From the NCBI RefSeq assembly GCF_009914755.1, contig NC_060925.1: DNA of 64,000 nucleotides; one strand, 5' to 3'. The position numbers and the translations under genes were made by a program. Positions 27,730 through 43,100 of this stretch are shown piece after piece (the first letter of the stretch is position 1; the number at the start of each line of letters is the position of its first letter). Below the pieces are notes generated by a model that was not told where the DNA came from, searched no databases, and was given only the letters and a program-made list of their open reading frames with translations. This DNA comes from the human T2T-CHM13v2.0 reference genome, Homo sapiens.

Positions 27730-30700
27730 ATGGAATCGAATGGAATCATCATCAGATGGAAATGAATGGAATCATCATAGAATGGAATCGCATGGATTCA
27801 TTGAATGGAATCAGATGGAATCATCGAATGGACTTGAATGGAATCGTTGAATGGACTCGAATGGAATCATTATTGAATGGAATTGAATAGAATCATCGAA
27901 TGGTCTCGAATGGAATCATTATCAAATGAAGTCGAATGGAATCACCGAATAGAATCGAATGGAACAATCATCGAATGGACTCAAATGGAATTATCTTCAA
28001 ATGGAATCAAATGGATTTATCGAATGCAATCGAATGGAATTATCGAATGCAATTGAATAGAATCATCGAATGCACTCGAATGGAATCATCGAATGGAATG
28101 CAATGGATTAATCCATGGACTCGAATTCAATCACCATTGAATACAATCGAATGGAGTCATCGAATCGACTCAAATGTAATAATCATTGAATGGAATCGAA
28201 TGGAATCATCGAGTGGAATCGAATGGAATCATGATCAAATGGAATCGAATGTAATCATCATCAAATGGAATCAAAAATAAACATCATCAATAGGTATTGA
28301 ATGGTATTTTCATCAAACGGAATTCAAAGGAATCATCATCAAATGGAACCGAATGGAATCCTCATTGAATGGAAATGAAAGGAGTCATCATCTAATGGAA
28401 TCGCATGGAATCATCATCAAATGGAATCGAATGGAATCATCATCAAATGGAATCTAATGGAATCATTGAACGGAATTGAATGGAATCGTCATCGAATGAA
28501 TTCAATGCAATCAACGAATGGTCTCGAGTGGAACCATCTCCAAATGGAATGGAATGGAGTCATCGCATAGAATCGAATGGAATTATCATCGAATGGACTC
28601 GAATGGAATCAACATCAAACGGAATCAAACGGAATTATCGAATGGAATCGAAGAGAATCATCGAACGGACTCGAATGGAATCATCTAATGGAATGGAATG
28701 GAAGAATCCATGGACTCGAATGCAATCATCATCGAATGGAATCGAATGGAATCATCGAATGGACTCGAATGGAATAATCATTGAACGGAATCGAATGGAA
28801 TCATCATCGGATGGAAACGAATGGAATCATCATCGAATGGAATCGAATGGGATCATCAAATGGAATCAGATGGAATCATCATCCAATGGAATCGAATAGA
28901 ATTATGGAATGAAATCCAATGTGATCATCATTGAATGGACTCGAATGGAATCATCATCCAATGGAAACTAATGGAATCAACATCGAATGGAATCGAATGG
29001 AAACACCATCGAATTGAAACGAATGGAATTATCATGAAATTGAAATGGATGGACTCATCATCGAATGGATTCGAATGGAATCATCGAATGAAATTGATTG
29101 AAATCATCATCAAATGGAATCGAAAGGAATCATTGAATGGAATCGAATGGAATCATCATCAGATGGAAATGAATGGAATCATCATAGAATGGAATCGCAT
29201 GGATTCATTGAATGGAATCAGATGGAATCATCAAATGGACTTGAATGGAATCGTTGAATGGACTCGAATGGAATCATTATTGAATGGAATTGAATAGAAT
29301 CATCGAATGGTCTCGAATGGAATCATTATCAAATGAAGTCGAATGGAATCACCGAATAGAATCGAATGGAACAATCATCGAATGGACTCAAATGGAATTA
29401 TCTTCAAATGGAATCAAATGGATTTATCGAATGCAATCGAATGGAATTATCGAATGCAATCGAATAGAATCATCGATTGGACTCGAATGGAATCATCGAA
29501 TGGAATGCAATGGATTAATCCATGGACTCGAATTCAATCACCATCGAATACAATCGAATGGAGTCATCGAATCGACTCAAATGGAATAATCATTGAATGG
29601 AATCGAATGGAATCATCGAGTGGAATCGAATGGAATCATGATCAAATGGAATCGAATGTAATCATCATCAAATGGAATCAAAAATAAACATCATCAATAG
29701 GTATTGAATGGAATTGTCATCAAACGGAATTCAAAGGAATCATCATCAAATGGAACCGAATGGAATCCTCATTGAATGGAAATGAAAGGAGTCATCATCT
29801 AATGGAATCGCATGGAATCATCATCAAATGGAATCGAATGGAATCATCATCAAATGGAATCTAATGGAATCATTGAACGGAATTGAATGGAATCGTCATC
29901 GAATGAATTCAATGCAATCAACGAATGGTCTCGAATGGAACCACCTCCAAATGGAATGGAATGGAATCATCGCATAGAATCCAATTGAATTATCATCGAA
30001 TGGACTCGAATGAAATCAACATCAAACGGAATCAAACGGAATTATCGAATGGAATCGAAGAGAATCATCGAACGGACTCGAATGGAATCATCTAATGGAA
30101 TGGAATGGAAGAATCCATGGACTCGAATGCAATCATCATCGAATGGAATCGAATGGAATCATCGAATGGACTCGAATGGAATAATCATTGAACGGAATCG
30201 AATGAATCATCATCGGATGGAAACGAATGGAATCATCATCGAATGGAATCGAATGGGATCATCAAATGGAATCAGATGGAATCATCATCAAATGGAATCG
30301 AATAGAATTATGGAATGAAATCCAATGTGATCATCATTGAATGGACTCGAATGGAATCATCATCCAATGGAAACTAATGGAATCAACATCGAATGGAATC
30401 GAACGGAAACACCATCGAATTGAAACGAATGGAATTATCATGAAATTGAAATGGATGGACTCATCATCGAATGGATTCGAATGGAATCATCGAATGAAAT
30501 TGATTGAAATCATCATCAAATGGAATCGAAAGGAATCATTGAATGGAATCGAATGGAATCATCATCACATGGAAATGAATGGAATCATCATAGAATGGAA
30601 TCGCATGGATTCATTGAATGGAATCAGATGGAATCATCGAATGGACTTGAATGGAATCGTTGAATGGACTCGAATGGAATCATTATTGAATGGAATTGAA

Positions 30701-33700
30701 TAGAATCATCGAATGGTCTCGAATGGAATCATTATCAAATGAAGTCGAATGGAATCACCGAATAGAATCGAATGGAACAATCATCGAATGGACTCAAATG
30801 GAATTATCTTCAAATGGAATCAAATGGATTTATCGAATGCAATCGAATGGAACTATCGAATGCAATCGAATAGAATCATCGAATGGACTCGAATGGAATC
30901 ATCGAATGGAATGCAATGGATTAATCCATGGACTCGAATTCAATCACCATCGAATACAATCGAATGGAGTCATCGAATCGACTCAAATGGAATAATCATT
31001 GAATGGAATCGAATGGAATCATCGAGTGGAATGGAATGGAATCATGATCAAATGGAATCGAATGTAATCATCATCAAATGGAATCAAAAATGACCATCAT
31101 CAATTGGTATTGAATGGAATTGTCATCAAATGGAATTCAAAGGAATCATCATCAAATGGAACCGAATGGAATCCTCATTGAATGGAAATGAAAGGAGTCA
31201 TCATCTAATGGAATCGCATGGAATCATCATCAAATGGAATCGAATGGAATCATCATCAAATGGAATCTAATGGAATCATTGAACGGAATTGAATGGAATC
31301 GTCATCGAATCAATTGAATGCAATCAACGAATGGTCTCGAATGGAACCACCTCCAAATGGAATGGAATGGAATCATCGCATAGAATCGAATGGAATTATC
31401 ATTGAATGGACTCGAATGGAATCAACATCAAACGGAATCAAACGGAGTTATCGAACGGAATAGAAGAGAATCATCGAACGGACTCGAATGGAATCATCTA
31501 ATGGAATGGAATGGAAGAATCCATGGACCCGAATGCAATCATCATCGAATGGAATCGAATGGAATCATCGAATGGACTCGAATGGAATAATCATTGAACG
31601 GAATCGAATGGAATCATCATCGGATGGAAACGAATGGAATCATCATCGAATGGAATCGAATGGGATCATCAAATGGAATCAGATGGAATCATCATCAAAT
31701 GGAATCGAATAGAATTATGGAATGAAATCCAATGTGATCATCATTGAATGCACTCGAATGGAATCATCATCCAATGGAAACTAATGGAATCAACATCGAA
31801 TGGAATCGAATGGAAACACCATCGAATTGAAACGAATGGAATTATCATGAAATTGAAATGGATGGACTCATCATCGAATGGATTCGAATGGAATCATCGA
31901 ATGAAATTGATTGAAATCATCATCAAATGGAATCGAAAGGAATCATTGATTGGAATCGAATGGAATCATCATCAGATGGAAATGAATGGAATCATCATAG
32001 AATGGAATCGCATGGATTCATTGAATGGAATCAGATGGAATCATCGAATGGACTTGAATGCAATCATTGAATGGACTCGAATGGAATCATTATTGAATGG
32101 AATTGAATAGAATCATCGAATGGTCTCGAATGGAATCATTATCAAATGAAGTCGAATGGAATCACCGAATAGAATCGAATGGAACAATCATCGAATGGAC
32201 TCAAATGGAATTGTCTTCAAATGGAATCAAATGGATTTATCGAATGCAATCGAATGGAATTATCGAATGCAAATGAATAGAATCATCGAATGCACTCGAA
32301 TGGAATCATCGAATGGAATGCAATGGATTAATCCATGGACTCGAATTCAATCACCATTGAATACAATCGAATGGAGTCTTCGAATCGACTCAAATGGAAT
32401 TATCATTGAATGGAATCGAATGGAATCATCGAGTGGAATCGAATGGAATCATGATCAAATGGAATCGAATGTAATCATCATCAAATGGAATCAAAAATAA
32501 ACATCATCAATTGGTATTGAATGGAATTGTCATCAAACGGAATTCAAAGGAATCATCATCAAATGGAACCGAATGGAATCCTCATTGAATGGAAATGAAA
32601 GGAATCATCATCTAATGGAATCGAATGGAATCATCATCAAATGGAATCTAATGGAATCACTGAACGGAATTGAATGGAATCGTCATCGAATGAATTGAAT
32701 GCAACCAACGTATGGTCTCGAATGGAGCCATCTCCAAATGGAATAGAATGGAATCATCGCATAGAATCGAATGGAATTATCATCGAATGGACTCGAATGG
32801 AATCAACATCAAACGGAATCAAACGGAGTTATCGAACGGAATAGAAAAGAATCATCGAACGGGCTCGAATGGAATCATCTAATGGAATGGAATGCAAGAA
32901 TCCATGGACCCGAATGCATTCATCATCGAATGGAATCGAATGGAATCATCGAATGGACTCGAATGGAATAATCATTGAACGGAATCGAATGGAATCATCA
33001 TCGGATGGAAACGAATGGAATCATCATCGAATGGAATCGAATGGGATCATCAAATGGAATCAGATGGAATCATCATCAAATGGAATCGAATAGAATTATG
33101 GAATGAAATCCAATGTGATCATCATTGAATGGACTCGAATGGAATCATCATCCAATGGAAACTAATGGAATCAACATCGAATGGAATCGAATGGAAACAC
33201 CATCGAATTGAAACGAATGGAATTATCATGAAATTGAAACGGATGGACTCATCATCGAATGGATTCGAATGGAATCATCGAATGAAATTGATTGAAATCA
33301 TCATCAAATGGAATCGAAAGGAATCATTGATTGGAATCGAATGGAATCATCATCAGATGGAAATGAATGGAATCATCATAGAATGGAATCGCATGGATTC
33401 ATTGAATGGAATCAGATGGAATCATCGAATGGACTTGAATGCAATCATTGAATGGACTCGAATGGAATCATTATTGAATGGAATTGAATAGAATCATCGA
33501 ATGGTCTCGAATGGAATCATTATCAAATGAAGTCGAATGGAATCACCGAATAGAATCGAATGGAACAATCATCGAATGGACTCAAATGGAATTATCTTCA
33601 AATGGAATCAAATGGATTTATCGAATGCAATCGAATGGAATTATCGAATGCAATTGAATAGAATCATCGAATGCACTCGAATGGAATCATCGAATGGAAT

Positions 33701-36700
33701 GCAATGGATTAATCCATGGACTCGAATTCAATCACCATTGAATACAATCGAATGGAGTCATCGAATCGACTCAAATGGAATAATCATTGAATGGAATCGA
33801 ATGGAATCATCGAGTGGAATCGAATGGAATCATGATCAAATGGAATCGAATGTAATCATCATCAAATGGAATCAAAAATGACCATCATCAATTAGTATTG
33901 AATGGAACTGTCATCAAACGGAATTCAAAGGAATCATCATCAAATGGAACCGAATGGAATCCTCATTGAATGGAAATGAAAGGAGTCATCATCAAATGGA
34001 ATCGAATGGAATCATCATCAAATGGAATCTAATGGAATCACTGAACGGAATTGAATGGAATCGTCATCGAATGAATTGAATGCAACCAACGTATGGTCTC
34101 GAATGGAGCCATCTCCAAATGGAATGGAATGGAATCATCGCATAGAATCGAATGGAATTATCATCGAATGGACTCGAATGGAATCAACATCAAACGGAAT
34201 CAAACGGAGTTATCGAACGGAATAGAAGAGAATCATCGAACGGGCTCGAATGGAATCATCTAATGGAATGGAATGGAAGAATCCATGGACCCGAATGCAA
34301 TCATCATCGAATGGAATCGAATGGAATCATCGAATGGACTCGAATGGAATAATCATTGAACGGAATCGAATGGAATCATCATCGGATGGAAACGAATGGA
34401 ATCATCATCGAATGGAATCGAATGGGATCATCAAATGGAATCAGATGGAATCATCATCCAATGGAATCGAATAGAATTATGGAATGAAATCCAATGTGAT
34501 CATCATTGAATGGACTCGAATGGAATCATCATCCAATGGAAACTAATGGAATCAACATCGAATGGAATCTAATGGAAACACCATCGAATTGAAACGAATG
34601 GAATTATCATGAAATTGAAACGGATGGACTCATCATCGAATGGATTCGAATGGAATCATCGAATGAAATTGATTGAAATCATCATCAAATGGAATCGAAA
34701 GGAATCATTGATTGGAATCTAATGGAATCATCATCAGATGGAAATGAATGGAATCATCATAGAATGGAATCGCATGGATTCATTGAATGGAATCAGATGG
34801 AATCATCGAATGGACTTGAATGCAATCATTGAATGGACTCGAATGGAATCATTATTGAATGGAATTGAATAGAATCATCGAATGGTCTCGAATGGAATCA
34901 TTATCAAATGAAGTCGAATGGAATCACCGAATAGAATCGAATGGAACAATCATCGAATGGACTCAAATGGAATTATCTTCAAATGGAATCAAATGGATTT
35001 ATCGAATGCAATCGAATGGAATTATCGAATGCAATTGAATAGAATCATCGAATGCACTCGAATGGAATCATGGAATGGAATGCAATGGATTAATCCATGG
35101 ACTCGAATTCAATCACCATTGAATACAATCGAATGGAGTCATCGAATCGACTCAAATGGAATAATCATTGAATGGAATCGAATGGAATCATCGAGTGGAA
35201 TCGAATGGAATCATGATCAAATGGAATCGAATGTAATCATCATCAAATGGAATCAAAAATGACCATCATCAATTAGTATTGAATGGAATTGTCATCAAAT
35301 GGAATTCAAAGGAATCATCATCAAATGGAACCGAATGGAATCCTCATTGAATGGAAATGAAAGGAGTCATCATCAAATGGAATCGAATGGAATCATCATC
35401 AAATGGAATCTAATGGAATCACTGAACGGAATTGAATGGAATCGTCATCGAATGAATTGAATGCAACCAACGTATGGTCTCGAATGGAGCCATCTCCAAA
35501 TGGAATGGAATGGAATCATCGCATAGAATCGAATGGAATTATCATCGAATGGACTCGAATGGAATCAACATCAAACGGAATCAAACGGAGTTATCGAACG
35601 GAATAGAAGAGAATCATCGAACGGGCTCGAATGGAATCATCTAATGGAATGGAATGGAAGAATCCATGGACCCGAATGCAATCATCATCGAATGGAATCG
35701 AATGGAATCATCGAATGGACTCGAATGGAATAATCATTGAACGGAATCGAATGGAATCATCATCGGATGGAAACGAATGGAATCATCATCGAATGGAATC
35801 GAATGGGATCATCAAATGGAATCAGATGGAATCATCATCCAATGGAATCGAATAGAATTATGGAATGAAATCCAATGTGATCATCATTGAATGGACTCGA
35901 ATGGAATCATCATCCAATGGAAACTAATGGAATCAACATCGAATGGAATCTAATGGAAACACCATCGAATTGAAACGAATGGAATTATCATGAAATTGAA
36001 ATGGATGGACTCATCATCGAATGGATTCGAATGGAATCATCGAAAGAAATTGATTGAAATCATCATCAAATGGAATCGAAAGGAATCATTGAATGGAATC
36101 GAATGGAATCATCATCAGATGGAAATGAATGGAATCATCATAGAATGGAATCGCATGGATTCATTGAATGGAATCAGATGGAATCATCGAATGGACTTGA
36201 ATGGAATCGTTGAATGGACTCGAATGGAATCATTATTGAATGGAATTGAATAGAATCATCGAATGGTCTCGAATGGAATCATTATCAAATGAAGTCGAAT
36301 GGAATCACCGAATAGAATCGAATGGAACAATCATCGAATGGACTCAAATGGAATTATCTTCAAATGGAATCAAATGGATTTATCGAATGCAATCGAATGG
36401 AATTATCGAATGCAATTGAATAGAATCATCGAATGCACTCGAATGGAATCATCGAATGGAATGCAATGGATTAATCCATGGACTCGAATTCAATCACCAT
36501 TGAATACAATCGAATGGAGTCATCGAATCGACTCAAATGTAATAATCATTGAATGGAATCGAATGGAATCATCGAGTGGAATCGAATGGAATCATGATCA
36601 AATGGAATCGAATGTAATCATCATCAAATGGAATCAAAAATAAACATCATCAATAGGTATTGAATGGTATTTTCATCAAACGGAATTCAAAGGAATCATC

Positions 36701-39700
36701 ATCAAATGGAACCGAATGGAATCCTCATTGAATGGAAATGAAAGGAGTCATCATCTAATGGAATCGCATGGAATCATCATCAAATGGAATCGAATGGAAT
36801 CATCATCAAATGGAATCTAATGGAATCATTGAACGGAATTGAATGGAATCGTCATCGAATGAATTCAATGCAATCAACGAATGGTCTCGAGTGGAACCAT
36901 CTCCAAATGGAATGGAATGGAATCATCGCATAGAATCGAATGGAATTATCATCGAATGGACTCGAATGGAATCAACATCAAACGGAATCAAACGGAATTA
37001 TCGAATGGAATCGAAGAGAATCATCGAACGGACTCGAATGGAATCATCTAATGGAATGGAATGGAACAATCCATGGACTCGAATGCAATCATCATCGAAT
37101 GGAATCGAATGGAATCATCGAATGGACTCGAATGGAATAATCATTGAACGGAATCGAATGGAATCATCATCGGATGGAAACGAATGGAATCATCATCGAA
37201 TGGAATCGAATGGGATCATCAAATGGAATCAGATGGAATCATCATCCAATGGAATCGAATAGAATTATGGAATGAAATCCAATGTGATCATCATTGAATG
37301 GACTCGAATGGAATCATCATCCAATGGAAACTAATGGAATCAACATCGAATGGAATCGAATGGAAACACCATCGAATTGAAACGAATGGAATTATCATGA
37401 AATTGAAATGGATGGACTCATCATCGAATGGATTCGAATGGAATCATCGAATGAAATTGATTGAAATCATCATCAAATGGAATCGAAAGGAATCATTGAA
37501 TGGAATCGAATGGAATCATCATCAGATGGAAATGAATGGAATCATCATAGAATGGAATCGCATGGATTCATTGAATGGAATCAGATGGAATCATCAAATG
37601 GACTTGAATGGAATCGTTGAATGGACTCGAATGGAATCATTATTGAATGGAATTGAATAGAATCATCGAATGGTCTCGAATGGAATCATTATCAAATGAA
37701 GTCGAATGGAATCACCGAATAGAATCGAATGGAACAATCATCGAATGGACTCAAATGGAATTATCTTCAAATGGAATCAAATGGATTTATCGAATGCAAT
37801 CGAATGGAATTATCGAATGCAATCGAATAGAATCATCGATTGGACTCGAATGGAATCATCGAATGGAATGCAATGGATTAATCCATGGACTCGAATTCAA
37901 TCACCATCGAATACAATCGAATGGAGTCATCGAATCGACTCAAATGGAATAATCATTGAATGGAATCGAATGGAATCATCGAGTGGAATCGAATGGAATC
38001 ATGATCAAATGGAATCGAATGTAATCATCATCAAATGGAATCAAAAATAAACATCATCAATAGGTATTGAATGGAATTGTCATCAAACGGAATTCAAAGG
38101 AATCATCATCAAATGGAACCGAATGGAATCCTCATTGAATGGAAATGAAAGGAGTCATCATCTAATGGAATCGCATGGAATCATCATCAAATGGAATCGA
38201 ATGGAATCATCATCAAATGGAATCTAATGGAATCACTGAATGGAATTGAATGGAATCGTCATCGAATGAATTCAATGCAATCAACGAATGGTCTCGAATG
38301 GAACCACCTCCAAATGGAATGGAATGGAATCATAGCATAGAATCGAATGGAATTATCATCGAATGGACTCGAATGGAATCAACATCAAACGGAATCAAAC
38401 GGAATTATCGAATGGAATCGAAGAGAATCATCGAACGGACTCGAATGGAATCATCTAATGGAATGGAATGGAAGAATCCATGGACTCGAATGCAATCATC
38501 ATCGAATGGAATCGAATGGAATCATCGAATGGACTCGAATGGAATAATCATTGAACGGAATCGAATGAATCATCATCGGATGGAAACGAATGGAATCATC
38601 ATCGAATGGAATCGAATGGGATCATCAAATGGAATCAGATGGAATCATCATCAAATGGAATCGAATAGAATTATGGAATGAAATCCAATGCGATCATCAT
38701 TGAATGGACTCGAATGGAATCATCATCCAATGGAAACTAATGGAATCAACATCGAATGGAATCGAATGGAAACACCATCGAATTGAAACGAATGGAATTA
38801 TCATGAAATTGAAATGGATGGACTCATCATCGAATGGATTCGAATGGAATCATCGAATGAAATTGATTGAAATCATCATCAAATGGAATCGAAAGGAATC
38901 ATTGAATGGAATCGAATGGAATCATCATCAGATGGAAATGAATGGAATCATCATAGAATGGAATCGCATGGATTCATTGAATGGAATCAGATGGAATCAT
39001 CGAATGGACTTGTATGGAATCGTTGAATGGACTCGAATGGAATCATTATTGAATGGAATTGAATAGAATCATCGAATGGTCTCGAATGGAATCATTATCA
39101 AATGAAGTCGAATGGAATCACCGAATAGAATCGAATGGAACAATCATCGAATGGACTCAAATGGAATTATCTTCAAATGGAATCAAATGGATTTATCGAA
39201 TGCAATCGAATGGAATTATCGAATGCAATCGAATAGAATCATCGAATGGACTCGAATGGAATCATCGAATGGAATGCAATGGATTAATCCATGGACTCGA
39301 ATACAATCACCATCGAATACAATCGAATGGAGTCATCGAATCGACTCAAATGGAATAATCATTGAATGGAATCGAATGGAATCATCGAGTGGAATCGAAT
39401 GGAATCATGATCAAATGGAATCGAATGTAATCATCATCAAATGGAATCAAAAATGACCATCATCAATTGGTATTGAATGGAATTGTCATCAAATGGAATT
39501 CAAAGGAATCATCATCAAATGGAACCGAATGGAATCCTCATTGAATGGAAATGAAAGGAGTCATCATCTAATGGAATCGCATGGAATCATCATCAAATGG
39601 AATCGAATGGAATCATCATCAAATGGAATCTAATGGAATCATTGAACGGAATTGAATGGAATCGTCATCGAATGGATTCAATGCAATCAACGAATGGTCT

Positions 39701-40100
39701 CGAGTGGAACCACCTCCAAATGGAATGGAATGGAATCATCGCATAGAATCGAATGGAATTATCATCGAATGGACTCGAATGGAATCAACATCAAACGGAA
39801 TCAAACGGAGTTATCGAACGGAATAGAAGAGAATCATCGAACGGGCTCGAATGGAATCATCTAATGGAATGGAATGGAAGAATCCATGGACCCGAATGCA
39901 ATCATCATCGAATGGAATCGAATGGAATCATCGAATGGACTCGAATGGAATAATCATTGAACGGAATCGAATGGAATCATCATCGGATGGAAACGAATGG
40001 AATCATCATCGAATGGAATCGAATGGGATCATCAAATGGAATCAGATGGAATCATCATCAAATGGAATCGAATAGAATTATGGAATGAAATCCAATGTGA
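25940..40100 (+). repeat. 8363-bp (six-monomer) period: ~25.9-31.7 kb recurs at ~34.3-40.1 kb
   Basis: Offset 8363 for ORFs 27170/35533, 27936/36299, 28480/36843, 28935/37298, 29343/37706 and 30749/39112. Shared private variants CAAATGTAAT, GGTATTTTCATC, CTCGAGTGGAACCATC and ATCGATTGGACT. 8363 = 1407+1406+1407+3x1381. Confidence 0.85.
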
Positions 40101-43100
40101 TCATCATAGAATGGACTCGAATGGAATCATCATCCAATGGAAACTAATTGAATCAACATCGAATGGAATCGAATGGAAACACCATCGAATTGAAACGAAT
40201 GGAATTATCATGAAATTGAAATGGATGGACTCATCATCGAATGGATTCGAATGGAATCATCGAATGAAATTGATTGAAATCATCATCAAATGGAATCGAA
40301 AGGAATCATTGAATGGAATCGAATGGAATCATCATCAGATGGAAATGAATGGAATCATCATAGAATGGAATCGCATGGATTCATTGAATGGAATCAGATG
40401 GAATCATCGAATGGACTTGAATGCAATCATTGAATGGACTCGAATGGAATCATTATTGAATGGAATTGAATAGAATCATCGAATGGTCTCGAATGGAATC
40501 ATTATCAAATGAAGTCGAATGGAATCACCGAATAGAATCGAATGGAACAATCATCGAATGGACTCAAATGGAATTATCTTCAAATGGAATCAAATGGATT
40601 TATCGAATGCTATCGAATGGAATTATCGAATGCAATCAAATAGAATCATCGAATGGACTCGAATGGAATCATCGAATGGAATGCAATGGATTAATCCATG
40701 GACTCGAATTCAATCACCATCGAATACAATCGAATGGAGTCATCGAATCGACTCAAATGGAATAATCATTGAATGGAATCGAATGAAATCATCGAGTGGA
40801 ATCGAATGGAATCATGATCAAATGGAATCGAATGTAATCATCATTAAATGGAATCAAAAATAAACATCATCAATAGGTATTGAATGGAATTGTCATCAAA
40901 CGGAATTCAAAGGAATCATCATCAAATGGAACCGAATGGAATCCTCATTGAATGGAAATGAAAGGAGTCATCATCTAATGGAATCGCATGGAATCATCAT
41001 CAAATGGAATCGAATGGAATCATCATCAAATGGAATCTAATTGAATCACTGAACGGAATTGAATGGAATCGTCATCGAATGAATTGAATGCAATCAACGA
41101 ATGGTCTCGAATGGAGCCATCTCCAAATGGAATGGAATGGAATCATCGCATAGAATCGAATGGAATTATCATCGAATGGACTCGAATGGAATCAACATCA
41201 AACGGAATCAAACGGAATTATCGAATGGAATCGAAGAGAATCATCGAACGGGCTCGAATGGAATCATCTAATGGAATGGAATGGAAGAATCCATGGACCC
41301 GAAAGCAATCATCATCGAATGGAATCGAATGGAATCATCGAATGGACTCGAATGGAATAATCATTGAAAGGAATCGAATGGAATCATCATCGGATGGAAA
41401 CGAATGGAATCATCATCGAATGGAATCGAATGGGATCATCAAATGGAATCAGATGGAATCATCATCAAATGGAATCGAATAGAATTATGGAATGAAATCC
41501 AATGTGATCATCATAGAATGGACTCGAATGGAATCATCATCCAATGGAAACTAATTGAATCAACATCGAATGGAATCGAATGGAAACACCATCGAATTGA
41601 AACGAATGGAATTATCATGAAATTGAAATGGATGGACTCATCATCGAATGGATTCGAATGGAATCATCGAATGAAATTGATTGAAATCATCATCAAATGG
41701 AATCGAAAGGAATCATTGAATGGAATCGAATGGAATCATCATCAGATGGAAATGAATGGAATCATCATAGAATGGAATCGCATGGATTCATTGAATGGAA
41801 TCAGATGGAATCATCGAATGGACTTGAATGGAATCGTTGAATGGACTCGAAAGGAATCATTATTGAATGGAATTGAATAGAATCATCGAATGTTCTCGAA
41901 TGGAATCATTATCAAATGAAGTCGAATGGAATCACCGAATAGAATCGAATGGAACAATCATCGAATGGACTCAAATGGAATTATCCTCAAATGGAATCAA
42001 ATGGATTTATCGAATGCAATCGAATGGAATTATCGAATGCAATCGAATAGAATCATCGAATGGACTCGAATGGAATCATCGAATGGAATGCAATGGATTA
42101 ATCCATGGACTCGAATTCAATCACCATCGAATACAATCGAATGGAGTCATCGAATCGACTCAAATGGAATAATCATTGAATGGAATCGAATGGAATCATC
42201 GAGTGGAATCGAATGGAATCATGATCAAATGGAATCGAAAGTAATCATCATCAAATGGAATCAAAAATAACCATCATCAATTGGTATTGAATGGAATTGT
42301 CATCAAACGGAATTCAAAGGAATCATCATCAAATGGAACCGAATGGAATCCTCATTGAATGGAAATGAAAGGAGTCATCATCTAATGGAATCGCATGGAA
42401 TCATCATCAAATGGAATCGAATGGAATCATCATCAAATGGAATCTAATGGAATCACTGAATGGAATTGAATGGAATCGTCATCGAATGAAATGAATGCAA
42501 TCAACGAACGGTCTCGAATGGAGCCATCTCCAAATGGAATGGAATGGAATCATCGCATAGAATCGAATGGAATTATCATCGAATGGACTCGAATGGAATC
42601 AACATCAAACGGAATCAAACGGAATTATCGAATGGAATCGAAGAGAATCATCGAACGGGCTCGAATGGAATCATCTAATGGAATGGAATGGAAGAATCCA
42701 TGGACCCGAATGCAATCATCATCGAATGGAATCGAATGGAATCATCGAATGGACTCGAATGGAATAATCATTGAACGGAATCGAATGGAATCATCATCGG
42801 ATGGAAACGAATGGAATCGTCATCGAATGGAATCGAATGGGATCATCAAATGGAATCAGATGGAATCATCATCAAATGGAATCGAAGAGAATTATGGAAT
42901 GAAATCCAATGTGATCATCATTGAATGGACTCGAATGGAATCATCATCCAATGGAAACTAATGGAATCAACATCGAATGGAATCGAATGGAAACACCATC
43001 GAATTGAAACGAATGGAATTATCATGAAATTGAAATGGATGGACTCATCATCGAATGGATTCGAATGGAATCATCGAATGAAATTGATTGAAATCATCAT

